DNA of 32,000 nucleotides from Candidatus Helarchaeota ASGARD archaeon Hel_GB_B (GTDB taxonomy: Archaea; Asgardarchaeota; Lokiarchaeia; Helarchaeales; HEL-GB-B): assembly GCA_005191425.1 (NCBI GenBank), contig SUPR01000013.1:16895-48894 (forward strand), read 5' to 3'. The translations under genes were made by a program, and so were the position numbers. Of the stretch, positions 1 through 9,086 are shown piece by piece. Position 1 is the stretch's first letter. Each line of letters opens with the position of its first letter. Below the pieces are notes generated by a model, which saw only the letters and a program-made list of their open reading frames with translations, did not search any database and was not told the DNA's origin.

Positions 1-427
1 TTTTTGGACGAAGCATTTCAATTAATGGGTCTAAATAAAATTCTGAAGAACAATAATACCTGAAAGTAGTAATATTTTCAGGGGGTAATACAATATAACT
101 CTCAAGTTTTTCCGTACCTGCACCGTTTGTCGGAATAGCACCCACAAAAATAGCTATTCCTTCCTCTGGAAGCGTTTTAATCACTTTTAATTTAGCAATA
201 ATTGATGTTATTGCATCCATAACATTTTTTCTATTTGATTTAGATTTTATATTTGATGCTTGTCCATATTCATTTTTTAAGTAGTTAGTTACATCACTGA
301 GAGTTTTATTTCCGGGGATATAAAGCGAAATAAGGGCTGTATGGTATCCTTTTTTCTTTTTCAAAATGTCTATTCTTTTTTTCAATAAATATAATTCAAA
401 TGATTTCGGATCTTTTTTCTCTGACAA
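1..427 (-). CDS. prf1: Peptide chain release factor aRF1/eRF1, N-terminal part (runs off the window edge; absent from the ORF track)
   Basis: Manual translation from TTG at 427: MSEKKDPKSFELYLLKKRIDILKKKKGYHTALISLYIP...GQASNIKSKSNRKNV...FRYYCSSEFYLDPL. Contains the NIKS and YxCxxxF motifs of eRF1 domain 1; GGTG SD-like motif upstream. Confidence 0.95.
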   Translation of the reverse strand, partial: MSEKKDPKSFELYLLKKRIDILKKKKGYHTALISLYIPGNKTLSDVTNYLKNEYGQASNIKSKSNRKNVMDAITSIIAKLKVIKTLPEEGIAIFVGAIPTNGAGTEKLESYIVLPPENITTFRYYCSSEFYLDPLIEMLRPK

Positions 428-514
428 TAAAAACGCACCAAAAATTCAAATTTATAAAATAATAATGTAATGACTCATTTAAAAACATCATTTAAAAAAT
501 TTTCAAGTAATTCA

Positions 515-952
515 TTAATTGATATCATTAATAGGATCTCCAATCCAGAATTCTTTCCCAGACTCCAAAATTTCCTTTTTCCAAAATGGAGCTTCAGATT
601 TATATCTATTAATTACACGTTCTAGCGTTTCAAAACATTCTTTCCTATGTTCCCCTAAAATGACAACATATACTAGATCTTCACCTTTTAAAAATTTTCC
701 AATTAGATGTACAATTTGAATATCAATGATACCATCTTTCTTTTCTTCATTTGCAATCTTTTTTAAGACTTTTTCAGCCATTTCTTTGTAAGAATCTATT
801 TCTAATTCTTTTACTATTTTATCGGCATTAATACTCCTGACAATTCCTGTAAAAGTAACTATTGCTCCTGCTTTATCTATCTCTGGATTAGACCTGGCAT
901 TTTTTATCAAATCTTCTAAACAAATAGTTCCTTTTTTATAGACACCAATCAT
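515..952 (-). CDS. moaE: Molybdopterin synthase catalytic subunit
   Basis: GAIVTFTGIVR, HLIGKFLKGE-LVYV, HRKECFE, YKSEAPFWKKE motifs. Confidence 0.93.
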   Translation of the reverse strand: MIGVYKKGTICLEDLIKNARSNPEIDKAGAIVTFTGIVRSINADKIVKELEIDSYKEMAEKVLKKIANEEKKDGIIDIQIVHLIGKFLKGEDLVYVVILGEHRKECFETLERVINRYKSEAPFWKKEILESGKEFWIGDPINDIN

Positions 953-1068
953 TAATTTAACATTAATATTATAAAATTTTAAATTTAATGTGAATTTTCA
1001 TTTAATTAGAAAAAATTAATAAAATATCTTTTAATGGATTACTATAATAATTCAATTAGTGAAGCATA

Positions 1069-1452
1069 TTGTTTGAAGAAAATCTGGTATTGACTTCCTC
1101 AACTATGAACAAAATTACTATAGAGCAATTTTTAGAATATTTAAATGAGTATAAATGGGAAAAAATAAAAATTGAGATCTGTGGGATGCCTAGAAAAGAT
1201 TTAAAAAGTCAACCCATCTTAATTTTAGACAATTTACCCAATCCCCCATATAATATAATCAAAAATCTTAAAACTCCCATTGAATCTATTTCCATTTCGG
1301 GGATAATTAATAATTGTAAATTTGAACTAACTGGCCTAATTGAAGATAATTTATTAAGATGGATTGAATTTGGTATTCAATCTCAGAATAAAAAAGATAT
1401 TGAACCTTTTTTTATGAAAATTACAAAAATTCTTAAAAAGGTAATTGATTAA
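1069..1452 (+). CDS. Hypothetical protein (127 aa)
   Basis: Open frame filling the gap with genome-like codon usage; no recognisable motif; start uncertain (TTG 1069 or ATG 1105). Confidence 0.6.
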   Translation: MFEENLVLTSSTMNKITIEQFLEYLNEYKWEKIKIEICGMPRKDLKSQPILILDNLPNPPYNIIKNLKTPIESISISGIINNCKFELTGLIEDNLLRWIEFGIQSQNKKDIEPFFMKITKILKKVID

Positions 1453-1482
1453 TTAATTAAAACATAAAACTGAGGCAATTAT

Positions 1483-2520
1483 TTGATCATAACCCATGCT
1501 GATGCTGATGGTTGGTGTAGTGTCGGAATATTTTTACTTACTGAAAAAAGTAAAAAGTTAGGCGAAACTTTAGAAACTACACGATATTCGACAGTTAGAT
1601 ATATTAATATTTTATTATATCAGATAATAAAAAGAGAAGATCCATGTAATTTGTTTATTTTTGATTTAAATGCAGATGATACCGAAAAATATAAAGATTT
1701 ATTGATTAAACTTGCAAAAAAAGGATTTCAAATCACTTTAATAGACCATCATATGATCCATGAATCTTTTGATAAAAAACTAATACAGAATAATATTAAG
1801 GTAATTAGAGACACTTCAGTGTGTTGTAGCGAACTTGTTTATAGAGAATATAAAAATTATATTGCAATTAAAGACCGCGATAAAGCTGAATTTCTAATGT
1901 GTCTTGGCGCTGTTGCAGACCGTAGAATAAGCCCTAATATTTACGAACGCCTGCTAAAATTCAGATGGGAAAAATCTTTTGATCTATACGCAATCAATCT
2001 TGCAGGTATAAAAAATGGCTATGACTTTTTAGAGTGTATTCTTTTCGAAAAAGAAAAAAAGATGCATAAAATTTACAACCGAGCTGGAAGAAGACGAATA
2101 TTCCTAGATAAAATTAAAAAAGAAGTTTTAGAAAATATGGAAATAGTCGATAAAAAAATTAGCATTCTACATATATTTAAAAAATATATTGGTCTCGCTG
2201 CAGGAATAATGGTCGATATACCCGATATAGATTATGCTATAGCTATAGGTGATAGACCAAGTCCTACTGCTATTACACGAATCTTTTTATTTCTTAAATC
2301 TATTATTGGAATTTTTGTAAAAAGGTCCAGAAAAAAAGATAAATTAATGGTACGAATTAGTATTCGGAGCAATAAACCAATCCATAATATTATTACCAAA
2401 ATCTCTAAAACATGTGAAGGTTTTGGCGGAGGCCATAAATATGCATGTGGTGCAAGAATTCCTAAAGATAAATTGCCTCTTTTTATTAAGTTATTCATTA
2501 AAGAGGTATCTTCCAATTAA
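1483..2520 (+). CDS. DHH/DHHA1 family phosphoesterase (RecJ-like)
   Basis: THADADG, FIFDLN, LIDHH, GAVAD, ISIRS and GGGHKYACGA motifs. Confidence 0.88.
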   Translation: MIITHADADGWCSVGIFLLTEKSKKLGETLETTRYSTVRYINILLYQIIKREDPCNLFIFDLNADDTEKYKDLLIKLAKKGFQITLIDHHMIHESFDKKLIQNNIKVIRDTSVCCSELVYREYKNYIAIKDRDKAEFLMCLGAVADRRISPNIYERLLKFRWEKSFDLYAINLAGIKNGYDFLECILFEKEKKMHKIYNRAGRRRIFLDKIKKEVLENMEIVDKKISILHIFKKYIGLAAGIMVDIPDIDYAIAIGDRPSPTAITRIFLFLKSIIGIFVKRSRKKDKLMVRISIRSNKPIHNIITKISKTCEGFGGGHKYACGARIPKDKLPLFIKLFIKEVSSN

Positions 2521-3141
2521 TCAAATTTTCAATTTCTTTGACAAATAATAAGGTACTGAATCACTTAATATTTCCTTATTTGGAATTTGTAGAATTTCTA
2601 ACCTATTTTTAAAAATGTTCGATATTTCTTCATAAGTATCTGCCCAAACTTCTAATTCAGCTAAAAAAATAACTTTTTTATCGTATGTTTTTTCTGCTCT
2701 CCAATATGTGATCTCTTCCAAGGCAATAATAAATTCATTACAATCTGGTGTTTTTGGAATTTTATATAAATAACCTTTCGATTTTTCTATTGTAAAAGAG
2801 TGTTTAAATCCTAAATCTTTTAATATATTTTCTGCATAAATGCGATTTCCAGTGTATAAATTTAATTTTCCACCAGGGTATACTGATTGTTTAAATTGAA
2901 ATTTTTTATATTTGTGGATTTTTATATGTGAAAAGAGTATTTTACTTTCGTTTTTGCCTATATATTCTCGAATTCGCATACATTTTGTTTTTAGATCCCA
3001 ATTTATCTCTTTAATAGGTAAAAAAATATAATCAATAAAGCTGTATTTTTCTATTATTTCCCCGTTTAGATTGTATAATTTTTTTTCAAAATGTAAAAAA
3101 TCTTTTATTTTGATGCGAATTTCTGATTCAAATTGTTTCAT
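2521..3141 (-). CDS. CYTH / triphosphate tunnel metalloenzyme family protein (class IV adenylate cyclase-like), divergent
   Basis: N-terminal ESEIRIK (ExExK-like), DYIF, MRIRE and LAELEV match the CYTH pattern. Confidence 0.75.
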   Translation of the reverse strand: MKQFESEIRIKIKDFLHFEKKLYNLNGEIIEKYSFIDYIFLPIKEINWDLKTKCMRIREYIGKNESKILFSHIKIHKYKKFQFKQSVYPGGKLNLYTGNRIYAENILKDLGFKHSFTIEKSKGYLYKIPKTPDCNEFIIALEEITYWRAEKTYDKKVIFLAELEVWADTYEEISNIFKNRLEILQIPNKEILSDSVPYYLSKKLKI

Positions 3142-3160
3142 ATATTATCATAGTATCTTT

Positions 3161-4435
3161 TTATTTTTTATAAAGTTCTCCCCATAAATCTATAGCAATT
3201 TTTAATTCTTTGTGAGTTTTAGCATAGTCATTTAGTTTAATTCCTTGGATAGTGGCTGATACTGCTTGTACCATTGCTCTTGCTCCAGCTTCAGTACCAT
3301 CTGGGTGTCCGTGGACACCACCTCCAGCTTGAATGACAATATCTTTTCCTAGTAGTTCAATATTTCTTTGGACAATTCCTGGGTGAATCCCACCTGATGC
3401 TACTGGAAAAGTCTTTTTAAGATTGTACCAATCACTCCGCAAAAATTTATAAATCTCTTGAATTTCTGGAAGTTCATCTACATCTCCCATTTTACCCGCA
3501 CCTGTTCCACTGTGTAATTGGTCTCCTCCTACCAGCCTTACTAGCTTTGCAATTACAAGCATAGAAATTCCATAGCTCCTTGCCCTTGTTATTGCTCCGT
3601 GCATGGTCCTATGAATATGTATTGGTAATTTAATTGATTCATCTTCTGCTATTATTTTTACAGCACTAAAACCGCAAGTTAGAACGTCAATCATTAAACA
3701 ATTTGCGCCATTATCCTTTGCAAAATCTGCTAAATCAAGTAACTTATCATAATCAGATGAAATATTTACTGCATATAAAACAGTTTTACCGGATTCTTCT
3801 TTAAAAGTATCTAGTTTTTCCATTACACTAGTTAATCTTTGTTCAAAAGGACAGAAATTTTGATTTGTCAATGTTTCATCGTCTTTTATTAAATCAAGTC
3901 CGCCTTTAGCTGCTCTATAAGCTATTAATGCTGTTTGTTTTGGATTTAGACCAACTTTTGGTTTAATAATAGTACCAATATGGGGCCTTTTACTATCTTG
4001 GGTTCCGCAAATCTTTCTAATTCCTTCTATTCCAAATTTAGGGCCCGGAAAATATCTTACATATTTTTCAGGAAAATTGACATCTACAAGTCTTACCTTT
4101 TTTAGTTCAGTTAGTCCAAATAAATTTCCTGCAATTATGCTTAATAAATTAGGTATACTGCCTGTTTCAATGTCAAATAGATCTACTGGGTAAGCTATAG
4201 CAATCATCCCAGAATTTGTACCAGAAAACTCGAAAGCTTTACCGGCTAAATCTTCTCTCATAAATTCAATATCATGCTCTAACTTTGCCCATGTCCCTAT
4301 CGATTCTTCTGCTGCAATAATTTTACCTACTTTTTGTAATGATAGTTTTGATTCAACAATATATTTTGCAATAATATTATCTTTAGGGTCAATATCCTCT
4401 GGATTAGAAAAATAAATTGAATCGTCATAACTCAT
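3161..4435 (-). CDS. rbcL: Ribulose-1,5-bisphosphate carboxylase/oxygenase, form III type
   Basis: AAEESIGTW, GNLFG, TIIKPKVGL, KDDE, HIHRTMHGA, QLHSGTGAGKM, ASGG and QAGGGVHGHP all present, so the catalytic set looks intact rather than RLP/form IV. Confidence 0.95.
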   Translation of the reverse strand: MSYDDSIYFSNPEDIDPKDNIIAKYIVESKLSLQKVGKIIAAEESIGTWAKLEHDIEFMREDLAGKAFEFSGTNSGMIAIAYPVDLFDIETGSIPNLLSIIAGNLFGLTELKKVRLVDVNFPEKYVRYFPGPKFGIEGIRKICGTQDSKRPHIGTIIKPKVGLNPKQTALIAYRAAKGGLDLIKDDETLTNQNFCPFEQRLTSVMEKLDTFKEESGKTVLYAVNISSDYDKLLDLADFAKDNGANCLMIDVLTCGFSAVKIIAEDESIKLPIHIHRTMHGAITRARSYGISMLVIAKLVRLVGGDQLHSGTGAGKMGDVDELPEIQEIYKFLRSDWYNLKKTFPVASGGIHPGIVQRNIELLGKDIVIQAGGGVHGHPDGTEAGARAMVQAVSATIQGIKLNDYAKTHKELKIAIDLWGELYKK

Positions 4436-4442
4436 TTATTAA

Positions 4443-5411
4443 TCACTCCAATTTACGTAACTTTTTTATAATATTTGAAATGTGATTCTCATAAATATGA
4501 AAAATCAAAGTGGGTGGAAAAACTCCTACATTAGTTATCAAACCATCAATATATTCCCTAGAAATAGTTTCAAAAGCTGGATTTAAAATTGTTAAATTCT
4601 TATCATTAGGACGGTCATGCCATATTTCATCAGGACTTCTTTTTTCAATTTCTATAAGATAACCTAATGACGTATTTGGGGCATATTTAATTAATGGGGT
4701 TGCAACATAAAATGGGACGTCCATTTCATGAGCTGCAAGTGCCAACAATCTAGAACCTATCTTGTTAACAATAGTACCTTCTGAAGTTATAGAATCACAA
4801 CCTGTTATAATTAAATCCACTGTTTTATGCTTTAAAATCCATCTCATGGCTGAATCAACAATTAATGTCGTTGGGATTCCATTTTCAAGTAGTTCACTTA
4901 CTGTAATTTTACCCTGATATTTTGGTCGCGTCTCTGTGCATATAACTTGAAAATCTTTGCCCATTTTTTTTGCTGTACTGAAAATATTTGATACAACTGA
5001 TGAATGACAGTGCGTCATAATAGTACTACCATCTTCAATTCTTCTTGCACCTATTTCACCAATGACTTCTTTAGCTTCCTTAATCATTTGAATATAATAT
5101 GAACTTACAATTTGGATTCTATGTTTTACCGAATTAACGACATTTTTTTCATCAAGATTTTCAATATTTAAACCTTGAATGACATGCCTTAGTCCATTTA
5201 CTAATCCTGGTTCCGTAGGTCTAGCATTGCTCAGTAATGACTGTGCTTTTTCAATTTCTTTTTTTAATGTTTTTAAATTATCAATACTGACAGATTGAAT
5301 ATAATCAGAAAAAGCTTTAATTCCAGTCATAGCAATATTTGTAGCCCCTTGGATTTTGATTTTATGGATATCATCAACAACTCTTTTTAAATCTTCCATT
5401 TTTCTTCCCAT
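4443..5411 (-). CDS. e2b2: Ribose-1,5-bisphosphate isomerase (eIF2B-alpha-like)
   Basis: IQGATNIA, ARPTEP, THCHSS (catalytic Cys), ETRP, GCDSIT (catalytic Asp), NKIGS, NPAFE; directly upstream of rbcL. Confidence 0.92.
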   Translation of the reverse strand: MGRKMEDLKRVVDDIHKIKIQGATNIAMTGIKAFSDYIQSVSIDNLKTLKKEIEKAQSLLSNARPTEPGLVNGLRHVIQGLNIENLDEKNVVNSVKHRIQIVSSYYIQMIKEAKEVIGEIGARRIEDGSTIMTHCHSSVVSNIFSTAKKMGKDFQVICTETRPKYQGKITVSELLENGIPTTLIVDSAMRWILKHKTVDLIITGCDSITSEGTIVNKIGSRLLALAAHEMDVPFYVATPLIKYAPNTSLGYLIEIEKRSPDEIWHDRPNDKNLTILNPAFETISREYIDGLITNVGVFPPTLIFHIYENHISNIIKKLRKLE

Positions 5412-5457
5412 TTTTTAATATATTTTTATATTTAAGAGAAACTGTTTTTTCCAATTT

Positions 5458-6228
5458 TTAAAAAGGTATTTTAATTAATAAAAATGAAGGCAATCCAAGA
5501 TTAATAAATATTATTGAAATAATCATTATAAATGTCAGAAGAATTATTATCGAATAGTCCTTCCAATTCATATTTAATTTATATAGATAAGTCCGTTTCT
5601 TAATTATTCCAAAGCCCCTTGATTCAAGGCTTTCTGCAATTAGGATTGCCCTTCTTATTGATAATACAATCATAGGTATAATTATTGGGATAAAGTTCTT
5701 AACTCGCTTTATAATATTCCCTTTTTGCAGCTCTAGGCCTCTACTCATTTGTGCGTCCATAATTGTTTGTGTTTCAATCCCAAGAGTTGGAATAAATCTA
5801 ACAGATAAACTTAATGCAAAAGCAAAAGAATAAGGGACATACATTTGTATTAGTGCTTGTGAAAAATCGTCAGGATGTGTTGTCAAGAAAAATAACGAAA
5901 ATGACGTTATCAAATTAAATAACCTAAATATCATTGAAATTGCAACAGAAAATGAGATAAATAATGTATCTATTATTATTATTATCAATAATAAAATAAA
6001 TAAACCTTGCAGAGTTTTTATCCAATGCTTTAATGATTTTGCTACAATGAAAATTGGGATCATTGACACAAAAATGATTAATAAAGGAATAATATCTGTA
6101 AATATTAACGACAAAATTGAAATAGTTATAGCAAAATATAATTTTGTACGGGGGTCTAAATTATGAATAAAAGTATTTTTTCTTTTAAATTTGAAAATGT
6201 CTAATAGGTTTATAGTATTTTGCGACAA
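5458..6228 (-). CDS. ecfT: ECF transporter transmembrane component T
   Basis: LDPRTK, hydrophobic helices, RFIPTL, two Arg motifs (AQMSRG, ESRGF). Confidence 0.93.
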   Translation of the reverse strand: MSQNTINLLDIFKFKRKNTFIHNLDPRTKLYFAITISILSLIFTDIIPLLIIFVSMIPIFIVAKSLKHWIKTLQGLFILLLIIIIIDTLFISFSVAISMIFRLFNLITSFSLFFLTTHPDDFSQALIQMYVPYSFAFALSLSVRFIPTLGIETQTIMDAQMSRGLELQKGNIIKRVKNFIPIIIPMIVLSIRRAILIAESLESRGFGIIKKRTYLYKLNMNWKDYSIIILLTFIMIISIIFINLGLPSFLLIKIPF

Positions 6229-6242
6229 TTAACAACTACTTC

Positions 6243-7064
6243 CTATATATATCTTCTTAATTCATTATAATAATTTAAAATATCTGTCTGATCACCATTG
6301 AAATCTTTAAATTTATCGCTTGATTTCAAAATCTTTGTCAAAACAGACAATTGAGGTAAGATTAAATTTGTTCGTTCTAAAATAAATTCATTATTGGTGA
6401 TTATATTGCTTGGTCCATCAGCTATTATCCGACCATTTCCCATAACAATAATTCTGGGGATATATTCAGAAGCAAATTCAATATCGTGCGTAATTATTAT
6501 GATCGTTTTACCTTGATCTCTTAAATCATCAATTAAGTTAATCAAATATTTTTTTTGCTGTGAATCTTGACCAATAGTTGGCTCATCAAGAATTAGAATA
6601 TCTGGGTTCAAGCATAAAACAGAAGCAAGAGCAACTCGCTTTTTTTCACCACCACTTAAATCAAAAGGTATGGTATTTCTATATTGAAACAAATTTAAAT
6701 TTTTCAAAATTTCTTCAGTTCTTTTATGTATTTCCTCTTTTGTAAAATTAAAATTTTTTAACCCAAATTTCACCTCTTCTTCAACTGATTGAGCAAAAAT
6801 TTGATGGTCCGAATTTTGAAAAACAAACCCAATTTTTTTAGATAATTGAGCTACAGAATATTTTGATATATCTTCACCATCTATTAATATCTTTCCTGAT
6901 TGTGGTCTTAATAGTCCATTCATACATTTAGCTAAAGTAGTTTTTCCAGCACCATTTTCCCCCAAAATACCTACAAACTCTTTTGAATTAATGCGCAGAT
7001 TTATATTTTTTAATGCGATATTTTTATTAGGATAATAAAACGACACGTCATATATTTCTATCAA
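6243..7064 (-). CDS. ecfA2: ECF transporter ATPase A'
   Basis: Walker A GENGAGKTT, FQNSDHQ, LSGGEKKR, ILDEP, ITHD. Confidence 0.9.
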   Translation of the reverse strand: MIEIYDVSFYYPNKNIALKNINLRINSKEFVGILGENGAGKTTLAKCMNGLLRPQSGKILIDGEDISKYSVAQLSKKIGFVFQNSDHQIFAQSVEEEVKFGLKNFNFTKEEIHKRTEEILKNLNLFQYRNTIPFDLSGGEKKRVALASVLCLNPDILILDEPTIGQDSQQKKYLINLIDDLRDQGKTIIIITHDIEFASEYIPRIIVMGNGRIIADGPSNIITNNEFILERTNLILPQLSVLTKILKSSDKFKDFNGDQTDILNYYNELRRYI

Positions 7065-7069
7065 AATTA

Positions 7070-7915
7070 TTAACCCCCTAATTTTAATAGATAATTTGCA
7101 AGGTCTTCAGGAGTTAAAGGTATATTTTCTAAATTATATCCATCTTTTTTTAAAAGTTTATATAATATCACTGATTTTGGAATTCTCAGACCAATTTTTT
7201 CAAGGATATCTTCGATTATTATCTCTTCTGTTTTTCCTTTACTAATTATTTTTCCATCGTTCATTACTATAATTTTTGTAGCATATCTCAAGACCATTTC
7301 TAATCGGTGCTCAATTAATATAATTGTTTTTTTATATCTTTTATTTAAATCGCTTATTAATGCCAAAATTTTCATGGCTCCAACGGGGTCCAAATTTGAC
7401 GTGGGTTCATCGAAAATAATTATCTCCGGGTCTAATGTAAGTATTGAGGCAATAGCAACTTTTTGTTGTTGCCCTCCTGAAAGGTCATAGGGTGCTTTAT
7501 ATCGTATATTTTCTATATTCATAATCTTTAACACATCATTTACTCGAGCTTTAATCTCTATTGGATTAATTCCAAAGTTCTCAAGTGCAAAACTAAGTTC
7601 TTTTTCGACATTCATTGAGACAAGTTGGTTCTCTGGATTTTGAAAAAGTAGCCCCACATATTTACTAAATTCGTGTACTGGATAATCTCTAGTATCTTTA
7701 TCCCCTATTATTACATGCCCCTCAAAGATCCCTGAATGAAAATGTGGTATTAATCCATTTAAACATTCAATTAAAGTAGTTTTTCCACACCCTGTTGGAC
7801 CGCATAATAAAATAAATTCACCTCTATTAATTTTTAAATTGATATCTTTTAAAATCATTTTTGTTGGATTAGATGAATATGCAAAACTTAAATTTTTGAT
7901 GTTAATAATTTCCAT
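7070..7915 (-). CDS. ecfA1: ECF transporter ATPase A
   Basis: Walker A GPTGCGKTT, FQNPENQ, LSGGQQQK, FDEP, IEH. Confidence 0.9.
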   Translation of the reverse strand: MEIINIKNLSFAYSSNPTKMILKDINLKINRGEFILLCGPTGCGKTTLIECLNGLIPHFHSGIFEGHVIIGDKDTRDYPVHEFSKYVGLLFQNPENQLVSMNVEKELSFALENFGINPIEIKARVNDVLKIMNIENIRYKAPYDLSGGQQQKVAIASILTLDPEIIIFDEPTSNLDPVGAMKILALISDLNKRYKKTIILIEHRLEMVLRYATKIIVMNDGKIISKGKTEEIIIEDILEKIGLRIPKSVILYKLLKKDGYNLENIPLTPEDLANYLLKLGG

Positions 7916-7936
7916 GATAGACTCCTACAATTGAAA

Positions 7937-8941
7937 TTAAAATTTATTTTTTAATTTATCTTTAATTAATTCGACAATTGTCTTTATTATATTTTTATCT
8001 GTTATATTCCCATTTATTCCGGCTGCAGATGAATGTCCTCCACCAGTTAAATTGTTACCATTTGATTCTGAAAACATTTTCGCTATTTCATTACTAATAT
8101 CACTCATTGAAATATTTGTTTTTTCATAAAATTGTTGTGTTGATCTTAAACTTATTCTTAATTCATTATTTTTAATAGATCTTACAATTGCAACGTCTGC
8201 TCCCATTACTATCAGACCTCGACATGCACTAGCCTCATAAGAGCTTACTTCTGAAGTGGCTAAAACCCAATTTTCAATTGTATATATTTTCGCTCGATTT
8301 CCTGCCTTTAATCTTGCAATTTTTTCAGAATATTCCATAGGATATCTTAATAACTTTGATACTTCTTTATAATCAATACCTAACGATAAAATTTTATTAA
8401 TTATATAAAATGTATTATTGGTCGCTATAATAAAATGTTTGGTATCATATATAATTCCTAATAATAAAATTTTTCCTTCCAATATACCCAATTCTAAGTT
8501 TAAGGATTCAAATACTTCAAAAATTATTTCTGAAGTTGAGCAATAATCTTCCTTTATTATAGAAAATATCGGTAAATAATCTTTATTTTGCATAAATGCG
8601 TGATGGTCGATAATAATAAATGGGGTCTTGTTTATTATAAAATCTTTTACATTACCTATTATTTCTATATTACTTACGTCCACTAATATAATTAAATCTG
8701 GTTTAATATTTGATATACTATTAATAAAATTATCTTTAAGATTAAAAAATTCGATTATTTTTTTTGTAATTAAGGTGAAATTGTCCGAATATATTTTTAT
8801 TTTTGATTTAATTCCAAATTTTTTAAGCAGAAAACTTAGTGCTATAGCGCTACTTAAGCCATCTGGGTCCATATTAATGTGACTACTTATTAAAATGGAC
8901 TTAGGATCTATGCTATTTATGTATTCAAATAAATTATTCAT
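7937..8941 (-). CDS. DHH family phosphoesterase, NrnA-like (oligoribonuclease / pAp phosphatase)
   Basis: SHINMDPDG, LVDVS, IIDHH, IIYDT, LRST, GGGHSSAAG. Start moved to ATG 8941, which has a GGTG SD; the track start at 8995 lies inside the tRNA gene. Confidence 0.88.
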   Translation of the reverse strand: MNNLFEYINSIDPKSILISSHINMDPDGLSSAIALSFLLKKFGIKSKIKIYSDNFTLITKKIIEFFNLKDNFINSISNIKPDLIILVDVSNIEIIGNVKDFIINKTPFIIIDHHAFMQNKDYLPIFSIIKEDYCSTSEIIFEVFESLNLELGILEGKILLLGIIYDTKHFIIATNNTFYIINKILSLGIDYKEVSKLLRYPMEYSEKIARLKAGNRAKIYTIENWVLATSEVSSYEASACRGLIVMGADVAIVRSIKNNELRISLRSTQQFYEKTNISMSDISNEIAKMFSESNGNNLTGGGHSSAAGINGNITDKNIIKTIVELIKDKLKNKF

Positions 8942-8981
8942 AAAATGGACACCAAAAATAAAATAAGTGCAGGGAATGGGA

Positions 8982-9007
8982 TTTTCGATTTCCAATTTTA
9001 GGAAATT
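8982..9007 (-). other. tRNA intron at position 59/60 in the T loop (26 nt)
   Basis: Strict BHB: T stem, bulge AAT, helix TTCG/CGAA, bulge AAA, inner stem ATTTCC/GGAAAT. Confidence 0.9.
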
Positions 9008-9038
9008 TTCGAACCCATGTACGTCTACACGACTGGAT

Positions 9039-9054
9039 ATCTTATTATTACTAT
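9039..9054 (-). other. tRNA intron at canonical position 37/38 (16 nt)
   Basis: ATAGTAATAATAAGAT between G37 and A38; central helix CTCA/TAAG has one C.A mismatch; inner helix weak (BHL-like). Confidence 0.85.
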
Positions 9055-9059
9055 CTTGA

Positions 9060-9086
9060 GTCTGGATCTAATCTTTCGACTAGATA
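9060..9086 (-). other. tRNA intron at position 32/33 (27 nt)
   Basis: Central helix CTGG/CCAG, two ACT bulges, inner stem ATCTAGTC-GAAA-GATTAGAT; outer helix only about 1 bp (relaxed HBh' type). Confidence 0.85.

Noticed and set aside
3161-4435. RuBisCO-like protein (form IV) or Calvin cycle interpretation
   Set aside because: The catalytic motif set is intact, which argues against an RLP. The neighbour is R15P isomerase and no phosphoribulokinase is in the window, which argues for salvage; the exact subform needs a phylogeny.
8942-8995. N-terminal extension of the NrnA-like ORF
   Set aside because: Overlaps the tRNA-Leu 3' half; ATG 8941 has its own SD.
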